A DNA stretch of 64,000 nucleotides from Spironucleus salmonicida (Eukaryota): assembly GCF_000497125.1 (NCBI RefSeq), contig NC_090603.1:62001-126000 (forward strand), read 5' to 3'. Below are positions 50,450 through 63,124 of the stretch, one piece after another; position 1 is the stretch's first letter, and the number at the start of each line of letters is the position of its first letter. A model generated the notes under the pieces. It was not told the origin of the DNA, ran no database searches, and was given only the letters and a program-made list of their open reading frames with translations. The position numbers and the translations under genes are program-made.

Positions 50450-53161
50450 ATGGCCGACTCCCAGCTCCAGCTGAAAGTGCTCCAGGCCTCCTCATTTGAG
50501 CAGAACTACGCCCCCGACGCCGTTTTAGCCGCGAATCCGTTATCCGACGGCTGGCGAACGGCGCCGAACGCTGCAGCGCCGCATTTCTTAACGCTGGCGC
50601 TCGCGAACGGCCCCGCGGAGGTGAGCTCGATCCAATTCGTCGCGCACGAGGCGCTGACGCCGCTAACAGTGGAAGTATACGTCCTGCCGCCCCAGGAAGC
50701 CACGTGGCAGCGCCTTGGGCACGTCCGCATGGCCGAGAATTCCAACGGGCGGCAGCGCAAGACCTTCAAAGTTAAGATCCGCGCAGCGCAAATACGCTTC
50801 CAGATGACCGAAATCGTCCAAAACGCAGAAAACAACTACAGCCAGATTTCGCTCACCTCGGTCCTCATTAAAGGCGAGCAAGTAAGCGAAATACGCCCCG
50901 GAAGCGCCCAAATGAGCGCTTTCAAGGACAAATTCGTCCCAGAAGCCGTCAAACAGCAAATCGGCCACAATCAAGTATACAACGAAATTGTTATTAAAAT
51001 CATATAATAATTGAATATGAACGAAAGTTTAGCCGTAGAAAAAGACGAATACTTAGAGGCCGAGCGCATGTCAGTAGCCTGTAAGAAGGTCCAGGAGTTC
51101 GGAAAAGCGCTGGATCAGCTGGAAATCAAGAAAGCAGCCGCCGTAAAGCGAAAAGACTACAAAGCGGCTCAGGAGATCAAAGAGAACATCGATTAGATCA
51201 AGGAGATCATTACGATGGATTTGGACGACATGATAAGCACATTGAACGGCGAGCAGCTGAAGAAAAAAGTTGTTGCGAAAGCTAATTTTTAAACTGAAAA
51301 AGCTAATTTTTAACCCCAAAAAGCTAATTTTTAATAAATTCCTCAAATTCCTCAAATTTAATAAACCCGCGAAAACGAAATACCCGAAACGACGACGAAC
51401 CACAACGAGGAAAAACCTCTCGCAGGCCAGCAGCAAAACGCGCAATTTGCACTTTCTGAGGAAGAAAAAGCGGAAATTGAAGAGGAGCGGAAACGCCGCT
51501 CCGAGGAAATGAAATAGGAGCGGTTGCGCAAGGCGACGAAAGGCGGGAAAGCCCAAATTCCTGACTTAGAGCCGCAGAATGCCGTCGCCCAGAACCTCGG
51601 AAAATCGCGTTCCGAGCACTTCCAAACCACTCCATTCCACTTCATCCAAGCCCTTGAGCAACTTTCCTAATACTGGGAAAAGTCAGAATAGGCACCGGCG
51701 TAAATTCCTCCCCAGCAAACCCACTCGGACCCAGTTCAAGTCCTGCGGGTCCTAAATTTTAGCGAAATTTTTATTCGGCTCGCGGCGTCAAAATCGCTCG
51801 AACACGTCAGCGACGCGGTGCTTTTCGCGAAGTGCGCGGCGCAGGGGGACTTGGTGGCCTACTGCGAGGGCTGCGCGGCGGTGTGCGAAATCGTGGCCGA
51901 AAACGCGAATTTGAGCCTCTTGAATCACGCGAATCAGCTTTTCGCGTTCGCGTACGTCGGTTTTATGCAGAAATTCGGCCGTTTTGAGCGTTTTCAGCTC
52001 GAGCCGATTTTTCTGAACGTCGACGACGAACTTTCAAAGCAAAAAGAAAATGCGGTAATTTACGCGAATTTGGGCGTAAAAAATACTGGTTCAGATGACC
52101 TGAATTCAATTTAAAATCAACTTTTCGCTCCTTTAGGTCAAAACGTGCAATTCGCGAATTCAATTCTAAAGCTAATTTCCACTCCTATTTCAAGATTGCA
52201 GGAAAAGCAAAAACGCACGAAACTGCAGGCGCTGAACATAACGGCGACGTTGGCGTCGTTTCCGGCGTTTCCTGAGCGCCAATTTCTGGCTTTTTTGATC
52301 TCGAAAACGCAAATCGACAAGGCCTCAAACTTGAAGTCCACCGAGCAAAATCTGTTAAATAAACAATACCTTTCGTTGTATGAGGCCAGAACGCAGGCAC
52401 TTTATGCTGTTATATCAGTTCAAAACGCATTAATTTCGAAAAATTCCGCTCCAATTTTACTCGATTTTTTGAAATTTTCCCTTCCAAATGCGAACAAAAA
52501 GGAAGTGAAAGACGCCGTTTTGGGCGTTCTGGGGCTCATGTACGGCGCAGACGACGTTTTCACGCCACTTCAGATCCTGAACGCGATAAGCGAAAATCTG
52601 AAAAACGAGCCCCTAAAAAAGCAAATTGCCGGCATTTTCAGCGCCTGCGACGCCCAAAGAGGCGGCACGCCCCGAATTGTATACCTTGCGGAAAGTCAAA
52701 AATTAATTGTTAATATTAATATATAATAATAATAGTAATAAGTCCCTTCCAATATGTGCCAATTTTGTCTTTTTTAGTGCAAAACGAGCAACATCCTTGA
52801 GATGCACAAGCATTTGCTCCTAGAGTGCCCCTGCTGCGGTATCTGCCCGGGATGCCACCAGCTAATCGAGATTCCGTGCCTTCCTGACCATTTGCTCCAT
52901 TCCTGCTCGAATTCCGAGCAATTTAACGTTTTGGAGTGCAAAAAATGCCTCTGCGCAGTCGACAAAACGCAGCTTTCGGAGCATTTGAAGGAGTGCCAAT
53001 TTGCGCTCAAAGGAGAGGAAAGCGTCTGCCCGCTCTGCGGAGCGGTGCTGAAGGACGGCGAGGACGCGCTGGTGCACTACAGCGACGGCGGCTGCAACGC
53101 AAATCCGCGCACCAGCGCCGACCTGCAGGGCGTCATTCGGCAGAAAATGGAGCGCGGCTGA
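50450..53161 (+). CDS. CEP104: Centrosomal/ciliary-tip protein CEP104 homolog (~903 aa)
   Basis: N-terminal jelly-roll (WQRLGHV..N....RQRK..K...N..N.YSQISL), coiled coil (KKAAAVKRKDYKAAQEIK), helical middle, C-terminal C2HC zinc fingers ending CPLCG...GCNANPR. Five ORFs lie in one frame. Confidence 0.88.
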
Positions 53162-53540
53162 CGATTTTGGACATAGAGTGAGAGAGAAATAAGAAAAAAA
53201 TTAGCGGGAGTGGAAAGTCGAATTCCACTTCAAATTCGACTTTTTCAGAATATCAAATTGTATAAATTATAATGCAACAAACTATAATATAGAATAAACT
53301 ATAATATAATGAGATAAAATACATTATAATATTTACTAAACGAATACTACCAATTACCCTAATATATCGGGTTCCCACAGTTTCCAAATTTCAGCATCCG
53401 GACAAACCCCGGACAAACCTACCCAATTATATCATTATTATCATTATTATCATTATCATCATCCCCCAAAATAACTTTTTCAATTTCCTCTATATTTATA
53501 TATAATATTCACTATATTAATTATTCCATATGAACCACAA

Positions 53541-54191
53541 ATGGACCTGCAAAATTTTCTCTCAGATTGCGCCAAAACGGACGTCTCAGAAATCGTCCGC
53601 TCCGTTTTCGCCAAAATCGACGTCTCGAAGCTGACAGAGTACAGAAAAATCGTCAAATCGCTCAAAATCGAAATGCCGGACTCTGCCTTTAAGGCCATTT
53701 ACGGGGAGGTGATTATCGACAAACCGCTCGAATTCGCCCTCTCCGTTTTCGACGAAAACTACACCGAAATCACCGAAAAGTCGCACCCCGCGCTCCTCAA
53801 AATTCACGTTTTCCAGAACTGCTTCTTCGATTCTAACGGCTCGAAAACTCACTTTCTGGTCCACTCCTGCGCCCTTTCCCCTGTCCCTTCCATCGTCTCG
53901 AACCGCGAGGTTTTCTGCCACGCCCAGCGCGATAATGAACCAGATTAAATGACTTAATATATGGTCTCCGTTGACCCCTTCGCCTCTCCCACTCCAAAAA
54001 CGGTTACCGGGAAAGTTCTCGCCGGTTTCTTCCGTATGGAACGATATGGTTAGTAAACTAAATTTTCGCAGTTCAGTTTCCTTGATCCGTCCGGAAAAAT
54101 ACCGGGAAAGATTTTTAATATTGCACTTGATGGTAGAAATGATATATTAATCATAATTAAAAAAATATGCGAAAATTCTACTGTAGAATGA
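53541..54191 (+). CDS. START-domain lipid-binding protein (216 aa)
   Basis: SIVSNREVF and FLDPSGKIPGKIFN match START motifs (vs.Rd.v; DpkG.iP..lvN); size fits. Confidence 0.8.
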
Positions 54192-55110
54192 GAGTGATTG
54201 TTAATTTGTGGGTGGGTGAAATATTATATAAAGAAAATGGCGGGGAAATAGTTTTTATCGGCAAAAATGCAGCTGTATTGATTTATAGCCAATAAAAGCA
54301 GCTGTGCGCAGATGTGCGCAGATGTGCGCAGCTGCATGCTTGCAGTTTGTCACAAGTTCGTTAAAATGATTATGCACTTACGGAAATTAAAAACTGCAAT
54401 TAAAATTTTAAGGAATGTGAGCAAATGTAACATTTTGGCGTGCATAGTGGATACTATTGAATGGATTCTACTGTTTATTGCCATTTTTACAGGTAAACAT
54501 CACTACAATCATTTTCTAATTAACACGAAATCAAGATAACACATTTATCTTATAATGCTTGTTAATTAAGTTATGTTATATATACGTAAATTATAGCTTA
54601 TAGGAAATATATTTTCGCCTTATTTTTATTATTACTATTATTAGTATGACGGCATTTGAATAGCAGTTTAAAAATAGCACTGGTTAACAAACTGATTCTG
54701 AACTTTGGAAATATCATAAAGTCATTAATATTATACATTATTATAAATTTAATATATGTAGTTTTAATTATTTTGTTATAAATGAGAAATTATAAGCGAA
54801 ATTATGAGTTTGTTTTTAGTTTTTCCATGCAGTATTATTTTATGTTATTTATTAAAATTTATTTGTGATTTTAAACATTAGAAAGTATTATCTTCTATTT
54901 TCAAACATTAATGCACTAGAATTTGGTTCTAATAAAAAGAAGGTAATTATTATTATACATCAATAAAAATTTGTGTAGAAAACTATCAATTTTTTATTTG
55001 TTAGTATTATCATATATTATAAGTAATTTATAAAAGTGTAATGTATACCAATTTAGCCCTCATTATGCATACCTTATTATAGCAATAATTCAACTTCGCT
55101 CTTTTCACAA

Positions 55111-56337
55111 ATGGCTATTTACCCCTTAAAGGTATGGATCGTCATCATTGGAATGCTAATTTTCGGCACTTCCAGCACACTCACGGGCAAGGGAATGTCG
55201 CAGTTTGATATTGTCCCCTGTGCTGGTTGTCCTCCTATCAAATTCAGCCACCCCTACGTCCAGACGCTCTTCATGTTCATCGGAGAGTTTCTGTGTCTCG
55301 GGCTCTACTTCCTGATCGATTTTATCAACAAGAAGAAAGGAGTCGCGGACACGAAGCTGAAGGAGGGTAAGGTGTTCTACAAGTTCTGGCCCCACGTCTT
55401 CCTATTCCTCGTCCCCACCGCCTGTGACACGGCCGCATCCACACTCTACAACGTAGGACTCTATTTTTCTATCGCCTCCGTCTACCAGATTCTGCGTAAT
55501 GTGCGCGTAATTTTCGTCGCCCTGCTCTCACTGTGCATCTGGCGCGATTTCAGGGTCAAGTTTGACCTCCCGCAGGTTTTTGGTCTCGTAGTATTGTTCC
55601 TCGGAGCCACCCTCGTGGCCCTCTCCGCGATTGTGTTCGGCACGGCCGACAGCACCGCTGTGAGCCCGATTTTGGGTGTCGTCCTGACGATTCTCGGATG
55701 TCTCTTTTCCGCCCTCTTCTACTGTTCAGAGGAGCTGTTTTTGCGCAAAATACAGACAACTGGCCTTATGGGCGTCGGAAACGAGGGCGGATGGGGGATC
55801 ATTATCTACGCGATCTTGCTGCCTATCTTCAACACAGTTACGGACCCATTTTCGTCTAAAAATCCCAAAGAAGTTTTCGATAATTTGTCGCATTGGGTGT
55901 ATTAGATGGGTTAAAGTGTCCCTGAAATCATTATTCACATTGCCTACAGTTTTTCTGCCATGGGATTTAATTATTCGGGTATGGAGGTAACAAATAACGT
56001 TTCTGCAGCTGCTAGATCTACGTTTGATGCGTGTAGAGTTATTCTTGTGTGGGTGGTTTCGCTGATTGTTGGCTGGGAAACATGGGAAAATAAGAAATAA
56101 TTCCTATAGATTGCAGGGTTTGTATTGGTTACTTTTGGTGTTCTGACCTATAATAATATCGTTAGAGTTATTCCGTTCCTTAGAGAGTCGAACAAGATAA
56201 TTTGGGGGCGTCCATGCTCTAAGCTACCTAAGGTAGAACCAATAGAAGCTGAGATGTAACCAGCCACTGAAAATAATGAAATCAACGTATTCAGGAGTTC
56301 AACGGTACCCCTTGTTGATGAAGAGGCTAAAGATTGA
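55111..56337 (+). CDS. SLC35F6-like DMT / nucleotide-sugar transporter family protein (408 aa)
   Basis: FSHPYVQTLFMFIGEFLCL, PTACD, SVYQILRN, GNEGGWG, NYSGMEVT..VSAAARSTFDACRVILVW; about 10 TMs. Confidence 0.88.
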
Positions 56338-56685
56338 TATTTTTTTCTCATTTCTTTTGGCAGAAACTTGTTCTATTAATGAACTAAGAAATTGGGAATA
56401 TTCCGGATAAGCAATTATCTATTATAAAAAATATTAAACCGTTTTGTAATAGCTTAACTTATATTAATATTACTGTCTCAATTTTTGCTAAATATAGGTT
56501 TAGAAGTTTCTACTATTTTACAATCCTCAGAAACTATGTATTTAGCCAATAGTTTTACTAGCCAAATCCTAGCAAATGCTAAATTATTTAAGATTACAAG
56601 TATATATTTTGATAATTATTAGTTCCTAATTTTATTACTCTAATAATATAAAACTATATTATTTGCAAACTATTTATTTTTAAAA

Positions 56686-57249
56686 ATGGCAGCTAGATCT
56701 ATTGATAAAAACGCAGCCGTGGAAATCCTATCCAGACACCTGGCATCCTTCTCAATGTATTCATACGTTTAGTTACTGGGAGATCACCAACTTCTTGCCG
56801 ATTAGATCACGGCATATGGAGCCGACTGGAAAGCAGTGGCAGAGGAACTTGGCATCAGCAAAAGCAAGCTATACCACTGGTTTCGTGAGACGTTCGTGCG
56901 GAAGCTTGCTGACCGCATTAGCCCCGAGGATATGCTACTTATAAAGAAGGAGGTTTGTATAGGCACTGCTAAGGAGGAAATTCTTGAACTCCTATCCAGA
57001 GAGTACAATTGTCAGGTCTTTAACGTTGCCATCCAGAATGCCCGCAAGCTCCACTAACGGAAAGTAACAATCAAGGCTGCCCCATCAGCAGACTATAAGA
57101 ACATGGCCGCCTCCATGCCGTAGCTACGTCTTGACAAGATGCAGCATTTAGCCAATGAGACTATCATGGCAAGTGGTAGGGCGCCTCAATAACCACCGAT
57201 GGACTTCATCATGGAGGCAAGCAGCGACTTTAGCATCCAGTTGGTCTGA
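56686..57249 (+). CDS. Myb/SANT-like helix-turn-helix protein (187 aa)
   Basis: YGADWKAVAEELGISKSKLYHWFRETF; open with TAR=Gln; TGA at 57247. Confidence 0.7.
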
Positions 57250-57557
57250 TCAAGTGAATCCGCGATAATCTTCACTCATTGTTCGGTGGCCAGGCTGCAC
57301 AGAGAGCTTGCGAATACATCTAGTTGTCTCCTGGCAGCTGCTTACCCCGATAGAGCCTTCTATGCTGCTAGTTATGAATTCTACAAGCATACCACGGTCT
57401 AATTAAGAGTGGAAATTGTTTCCTTGTAAACCTACTGGTTGTAGCTAGACATTTCCTGAGTGAAGCTCATGATTTGAAGCGAAATACTAAATGCTTCATA
57501 TTAAATAGTATATAATAATTAATTACTTTATAATATGTAGGAGTAATTACTGATCTT

Positions 57558-58244
57558 ATGCGCATCGTCCATAAATTAGTTTATCCTTTACAGCCTGCCC
57601 TCGAAGTAGCCAGGGAGATCGCCGCCGTGCTCGGCCTCGCGACTGGCTCCACGCCCATCCCGGTGTACCAGGAGCTCGCGCGCATGCACCGCGAGGAGGG
57701 CCTCGACTTCTCCAGCGTACGCTCCATCAATCTGGACGAGTACTACGGCCTCTCAGGCGACCACCCCCAGTCCTACCGCCACTTCATGCACGAGCACCTG
57801 TTCCGCCACGTGAACATCCAGCGCTGCAACACGCACTTCCTCGACGGCTCGGTACCACAGGACTGCATCGACCGCGAGTGCGACCGCTACGAGGCGCTCG
57901 TGTCCAGCTGCCCTCCGGACATATGGCTCCTCGGTATCGGCCTCAACGGTCACATCGCCTTCAACGAACCGGGATCCGCCCGCGAGTCCCGCACCAGGCT
58001 CGTGAGCCTCACTCCCTCCACCATCGAGGCCAACCGCCGCTTCTTCGGCGTCGATGAGCAGGTCCCCACTTCCTCCCTCACGGTGGGCATCTCCACCATC
58101 CTCAAGGCCCGCAAGCTCGTCCTCCTCGCAACCGGCGACGCCAAGAAATGCGCGGTCGACGCCGCCTTCGCCAGCGTGTCGTCCGACTGCCCGGCCTCCT
58201 TCCTTCAGGGCACCGACTGCGGGTTCTGGGTGGACTTCGAGTGA
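57558..58244 (+). pseudogene. nagB: 5'-replaced nagB copy 2 with in-frame 24-nt deletion
   Basis: Identity to nagB starts at 57591; native start and leader are missing; VIRAKPDA deleted; fortuitous ATG at 57558. Confidence 0.75.
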
Positions 58245-58796
58245 TTCTTTCGCTTGTTTACAAGGCCAATTTTCTCATAGCATCATATTACGGTTACTTG
58301 TACAATATATATTTATATATTCTCACACCGTGCCATATTATTAGGGATAATAATATTATTTCTCAGAATAGTGGTACAGTACACATAGGGTACAAAGCGA
58401 TAAATACTTCAACCAAGCTCTAAAATGCTTGGGAATGCCTGATATTAGCTATACATGATTGGTATAATACTAAATGTCGCAGCATTCCAGTGCTAAATTC
58501 TAAAGACTATAGTATAACGTGTTGCAATAAGAGACTTCCCTACATCCATAAATTAGGACTGTATAGCGATGATAACGTATTGATACTAACGCTGCAACTA
58601 CACACCTCCCTGGCCACCTTTGGGAGGATCTAAAGTAAGCAATCATCCTGTCCACTCTCGCGCAGAGGCCCATCGCACTCTATAGTAGGAGATCTTTTAA
58701 AATATTGCATATGCCTATTTGGCTCGCTGGCCACGGCAATTATTATCGAAGGCGGATCTGGATACAGGTAAATATACCGTGCGCTAAAAATGTACA

Positions 58797-58869
58797 GGGC
58801 TGGTAGCTCAGTTGGGAGAGCGCATCCCTAGCATGGATGAGGCCCGGGGTTCAATCCCCCGTTAGTCCA
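58797..58869 (+). tRNA. tRNA-Ala(AGC)
   Basis: Identical to 47354-47426. Confidence 0.92.
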
Positions 58870-60585
58870 AATTTTCCAAATTGCAGAAGTACATACGGAG
58901 GGCAACTATTACTTTGGTTTGCCGTAGTAGTATATTTCTACGCGCTCAAGGAATAGCCGGCCTGAACCCACTCTATTCCTAGCTCCCGCTTGCGTAGGCC
59001 ACCAATCTCGGCCCCTTCCTCTTAAATTTACCACCTACTAGGTCAAAGTGAGATGGCCCAGAAACTGGAGACGACAGCCATACCTGCTGGTAGGGTTTTG
59101 TCCGCTAAGGACATACTGGCCATTGTTCGCCGGAAACTAAAGAACTCCATATGACAGCTAGTATCTACATTACGCGCTTTCTCGGCAAGACTCTAGAGAC
59201 TGTTTAGCGCGGATGTTGCCTGAAGTGAATATGTCATTTTACCTGGGGACATATAGTATCAAATATGTTATATGCTAGTGGCTGCTTTATCTTCATTGCA
59301 GAGTTAGCTCGAGGTTGCAAGCACCTAGAACAGCGGCCAGTGGTACCACAGTGCGCAGTATAAGGACACCAGTATTGTGAGTTTATTATAAAATAAAATA
59401 AAATCATACAAGCTACTAGTCTTCAAATATTTATTTGAAAACTTGAATTTTCTGTTTTGATATGACTTTCTATGTTACTAAGCTCAGTTCCAATGTTATC
59501 TGGTAAAAGATTACTACAGTCAAGTGTAGAATTGATAACAATAATATCTTAAGTTATTCTTTATTTTTAACTTGGAATACAAATATTAGAGCCCATTTAT
59601 TTTCACGAAATGGTTAAACAATACATTTATTATATAAAAATAGAGAACTAAATTATACTACTTTGTTTTCTTGAATATTATTATACTCATTCTTATTTAT
59701 AGTGGTATTGAGTATTAAATTATAGAATGTACTGTTACTACTTAATAGGCAGAATTGTTAATAATATATAATTCACTAATAAAACATAACATAAGATTGA
59801 ATTACTATCATTTTGTTTTGTGAGCAGCTGATTTAAATTAGCTAATTAAATTCATATTAATATTGACTAGGGCCTCTTAAGAAGAGCTTGAAGACTCGTC
59901 ATAGGTTCTTTCTAATCTATTACTATTTAACTGAAGATTACTTTACTTGATAAATTTGAGTGATGACAAGTTTTATGACATTTTAAAGAAAAGATTAATA
60001 ATATACTATTTAATACATAATGATTGACGTAAACTTACGCTATGAAACGAAATCAATAAACTCTACAAACTGATTAAGAATACTCGTGTCCTTATACTGC
60101 GCACTGTGGTACCACTGGCCGCTGTTCTAGGTGCTTGCAACCTCGAGCTAACTCTGCAATGAAGATAAAGCAGCCACTAGCATATAACATATTTGATACT
60201 ATATGTCCCCAGGTAAAATGACATATTCACTTCAGGCAACATCCGCGCTAAACAGTCTCTAGAGTCTTGCCGAGAAAGCGCGTAATGTAGATACTAGCTG
60301 TCATATGGAGTTCTTTAGTTTCCGGCGAACAATGGCCAGTATGTCCTTAGCGGACAAAACCCTACCAGCAGGTATGGCTGTCGTCTCCAGTTTCTGGGCC
60401 ATCTCACTTTGACCTAGTAGGTGGTAAATTTAAGAGGAAGGGGCCGAGATTGGTGGCCTACGCAAGCGGGAGCTAGGAATAGAGTGGGTTCAGGCCGGCT
60501 ATTCCTTGAGCGCGTAGAAATATACTACTACGGCAAACCAAAGTAATAGTTGCCCTCCGTATGTACTTCTGCAATTTGGAAAATT

Positions 60586-60658
60586 TGGACTAACGGGGGA
60601 TTGAACCCCGGGCCTCATCCATGCTAGGGATGCGCTCTCCCAACTGAGCTACCAGCCC
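60586..60658 (-). tRNA. tRNA-Ala(AGC)
   Basis: Inverted identical copy. Confidence 0.92.
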
Positions 60659-61210
60659 TGTACATTTTTAGCGCACGGTATATTTACCTGTATCCAGATC
60701 CGCCTTCGATAATAATTGCCGTGGCCAGCGAGCCAAATAGGCATATGCAATATTTTAAAAGATCTCCTACTATAGAGTGCGATGGGCCTCTGCGCGAGAG
60801 TGGACAGGATGATTGCTTACTTTAGATCCTCCCAAAGGTGGCCAGGGAGGTGTGTAGTTGCAGCGTTAGTATCAATACGTTATCATCGCTATACAGTCCT
60901 AATTTATGGATGTAGGGAAGTCTCTTATTGCAACACGTTATACTATAGTCTTTAGAATTTAGCACTGGAATGCTGCGACATTTAGTATTATACCAATCAT
61001 GTATAGCTAATATCAGGCATTCCCAAGCATTTTAGAGCTTGGTTGAAGTATTTATCGCTTTGTACCCTATGTGTACTGTACCACTATTCTGAGAAATAAT
61101 ATTATTATCCCTAATAATATGGCACAGCGTGAGAATATATAAATATATATTGTACAAGTAACCGTAATATGATACTATGAGAAAATTGGCCTTGTAAACA
61201 AGCGAAAGAA

Positions 61211-61915
61211 TCACTCGAAGTCCACCCAGAACCCGCAGTCGGTGCCCTGAAGGAAGGAGGCCGGGCAGTCGGACGACACGCTGGCGAAGGCGGCGTCGAC
61301 CGCGCATTTCTTGGCGTCGCCGGTTGCGAGGAGGACGAGCTTGCGGGCCTTGAGGATGGTGGAGATGCCCACCGTGAGGGAGGAAGTGGGGACCTGCTCA
61401 TCGACGCCGAAGAAGCGGCGGTTGGCCTCGATGGTGGAGGGAGTGAGGCTCACGAGCCTGGTGCGGGACTCGCGGGCGGATCCCGGTTCGTTGAAGGCGA
61501 TGTGACCGTTGAGGCCGATACCGAGGAGCCATATGTCCGGAGGGCAGCTGGACACGAGCGCCTCGTAGCGGTCGCACTCGCGGTCGATGCAGTCCTGTGG
61601 TACCGAGCCGTCGAGGAAGTGCGTGTTGCAGCGCTGGATGTTCACGTGGCGGAACAGGTGCTCGTGCATGAAGTGGCGGTAGGACTGGGGGTGGTCGCCT
61701 GAGAGGCCGTAGTACTCGTCCAGATTGATGGAGCGTACGCTGGAGAAGTCGAGGCCCTCCTCGCGGTGCATGCGCGCGAGCTCCTGGTACACCGGGATGG
61801 GCGTGGAGCCAGTCGCGAGGCCGAGCACGGCGTCAGGCTTGGCGCGGATCACGGCGGCGATCTCCCTGGCTACTTCGAGGGCAGGCTGGGCGGAGATGTT
61901 GCGGCAGGCTGGCAT
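61211..61915 (-). CDS. nagB: Glucosamine-6-phosphate deaminase, copy 3 (full length)
   Basis: Near-identical to 46096-46800 (SACES vs SARES). Confidence 0.96.
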   Translation of the reverse strand: MPACRNISAQPALEVAREIAAVIRAKPDAVLGLATGSTPIPVYQELARMHREEGLDFSSVRSINLDEYYGLSGDHPQSYRHFMHEHLFRHVNIQRCNTHFLDGSVPQDCIDRECDRYEALVSSCPPDIWLLGIGLNGHIAFNEPGSARESRTRLVSLTPSTIEANRRFFGVDEQVPTSSLTVGISTILKARKLVLLATGDAKKCAVDAAFASVSSDCPASFLQGTDCGFWVDFE

Positions 61916-63124
61916 TCTTGGGGGGGGGCGTATACCGAGCCCAGCGAGTAGGGCCGCGTAGGGCTACCCTGAGCTCCGAATGTAGATGCTGGGGGTCTCG
62001 TTGAAAGAATAGGTTAGCAGAAAAAACACTCTACTTAGAGGCAGAGAGTTGCGTGCACCTAATATGTAGCAAACTACTTTCTAACTCTAAAAAATATTAT
62101 ATATAATCTATGGATAATTTTTCGTAAATAATATGCGAACGGCTCAGTGCTATGCGCACGTGCACAGAAATACGAAAATCACAATTACACATCCTCACTG
62201 CTTAGGCTGCTTGAACCCCCTGATATCAACCAATATCTGAATACCGGCCGCCAAAACCCCGCCCAATATCCCGCCAAGCCCAGTTATTAGGTAAAGCGGC
62301 AGTAACGAATAAAGGTCGGACTAGTCAATGGTTTCAAAAATAGGAAGGCTAATGGACTGGTATCTGGCGATACAGTAAATTTCGCCTCTATTTATAAGGG
62401 CAGAGATTTATTATATTGCGCTCACATTCTATATAATAAATTCGATTGATAATTTACCAAATATATGACATAATTGAATTGGTGTAGTAAAAATACGCGT
62501 TAATAACGAGAAGGTAAATAAAAAATTGCGTGTATTTGATGATCTTTAGGAAATGATTCTCAAATAAGCTGGAGTTTTAGGTAAATGCGCAATTTACTAA
62601 AATAATGAGCTGCAACTTCATGATGAATGGTTACAAAAACTCTTGTAAATTATCGTATATTTTATGCATTTCAAATATTCAAGTTAATTCGCTACCTTAT
62701 ACATTATTTGTTTACTATATTTTATTTTATGATTGGTGCTAAATGAATTAAATAGTAATACATTGTATGGTAAATAAGATTTTTAGTGTGGACTATATAT
62801 TATGCTTGGAATGTATTATACAATATCTCAAAATTCTATACAAACCCCGAATAAAATAATTTATATTTACTTGTATATTACGTATTTATGTTTAAAATTA
62901 TAAATTGAAATTCTACTATATTTTCTGAATCTAACAAATATATGCCTGGTTTCTTCTAACTTCTACGTATTTATCGTTAATATTACTAAGCTTAAAAAGC
63001 GATACGTCCTCAAATATTATTCCTTCCTTTATATTAAACTGTACAAGAAACTAAGAAATGAACAAATTTTAATTTGAAGTTTACTGTAAATACTGAGATT
63101 GTGGTTTTTCCGCTTCTTTATAAA

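Larger units (their letters stand above)
57591..61888. repeat. Palindrome 2: ~1.8-kb inverted arms (57591-59376 / 60079-61888) around the same 702-bp loop
   Basis: Arms are reverse complements and each holds nagB plus tRNA-Ala. Loop 59377-60078 matches 47934-48635. Confidence 0.96.

Noticed and set aside
51278-51360. 21-bp and 9-bp tandem repeats
   Set aside because: Ordinary low-complexity linker within CEP104.
54301-54336. GATGTGCGCA decamer repeats
   Set aside because: Three-copy minisatellite with no further support.
57545-57593. TTTACAG as a 3' splice or trans-splice acceptor for truncated nagB
   Set aside because: No adjacent ACTAAC branch point, and the CAG belongs to the duplicated nagB sequence.
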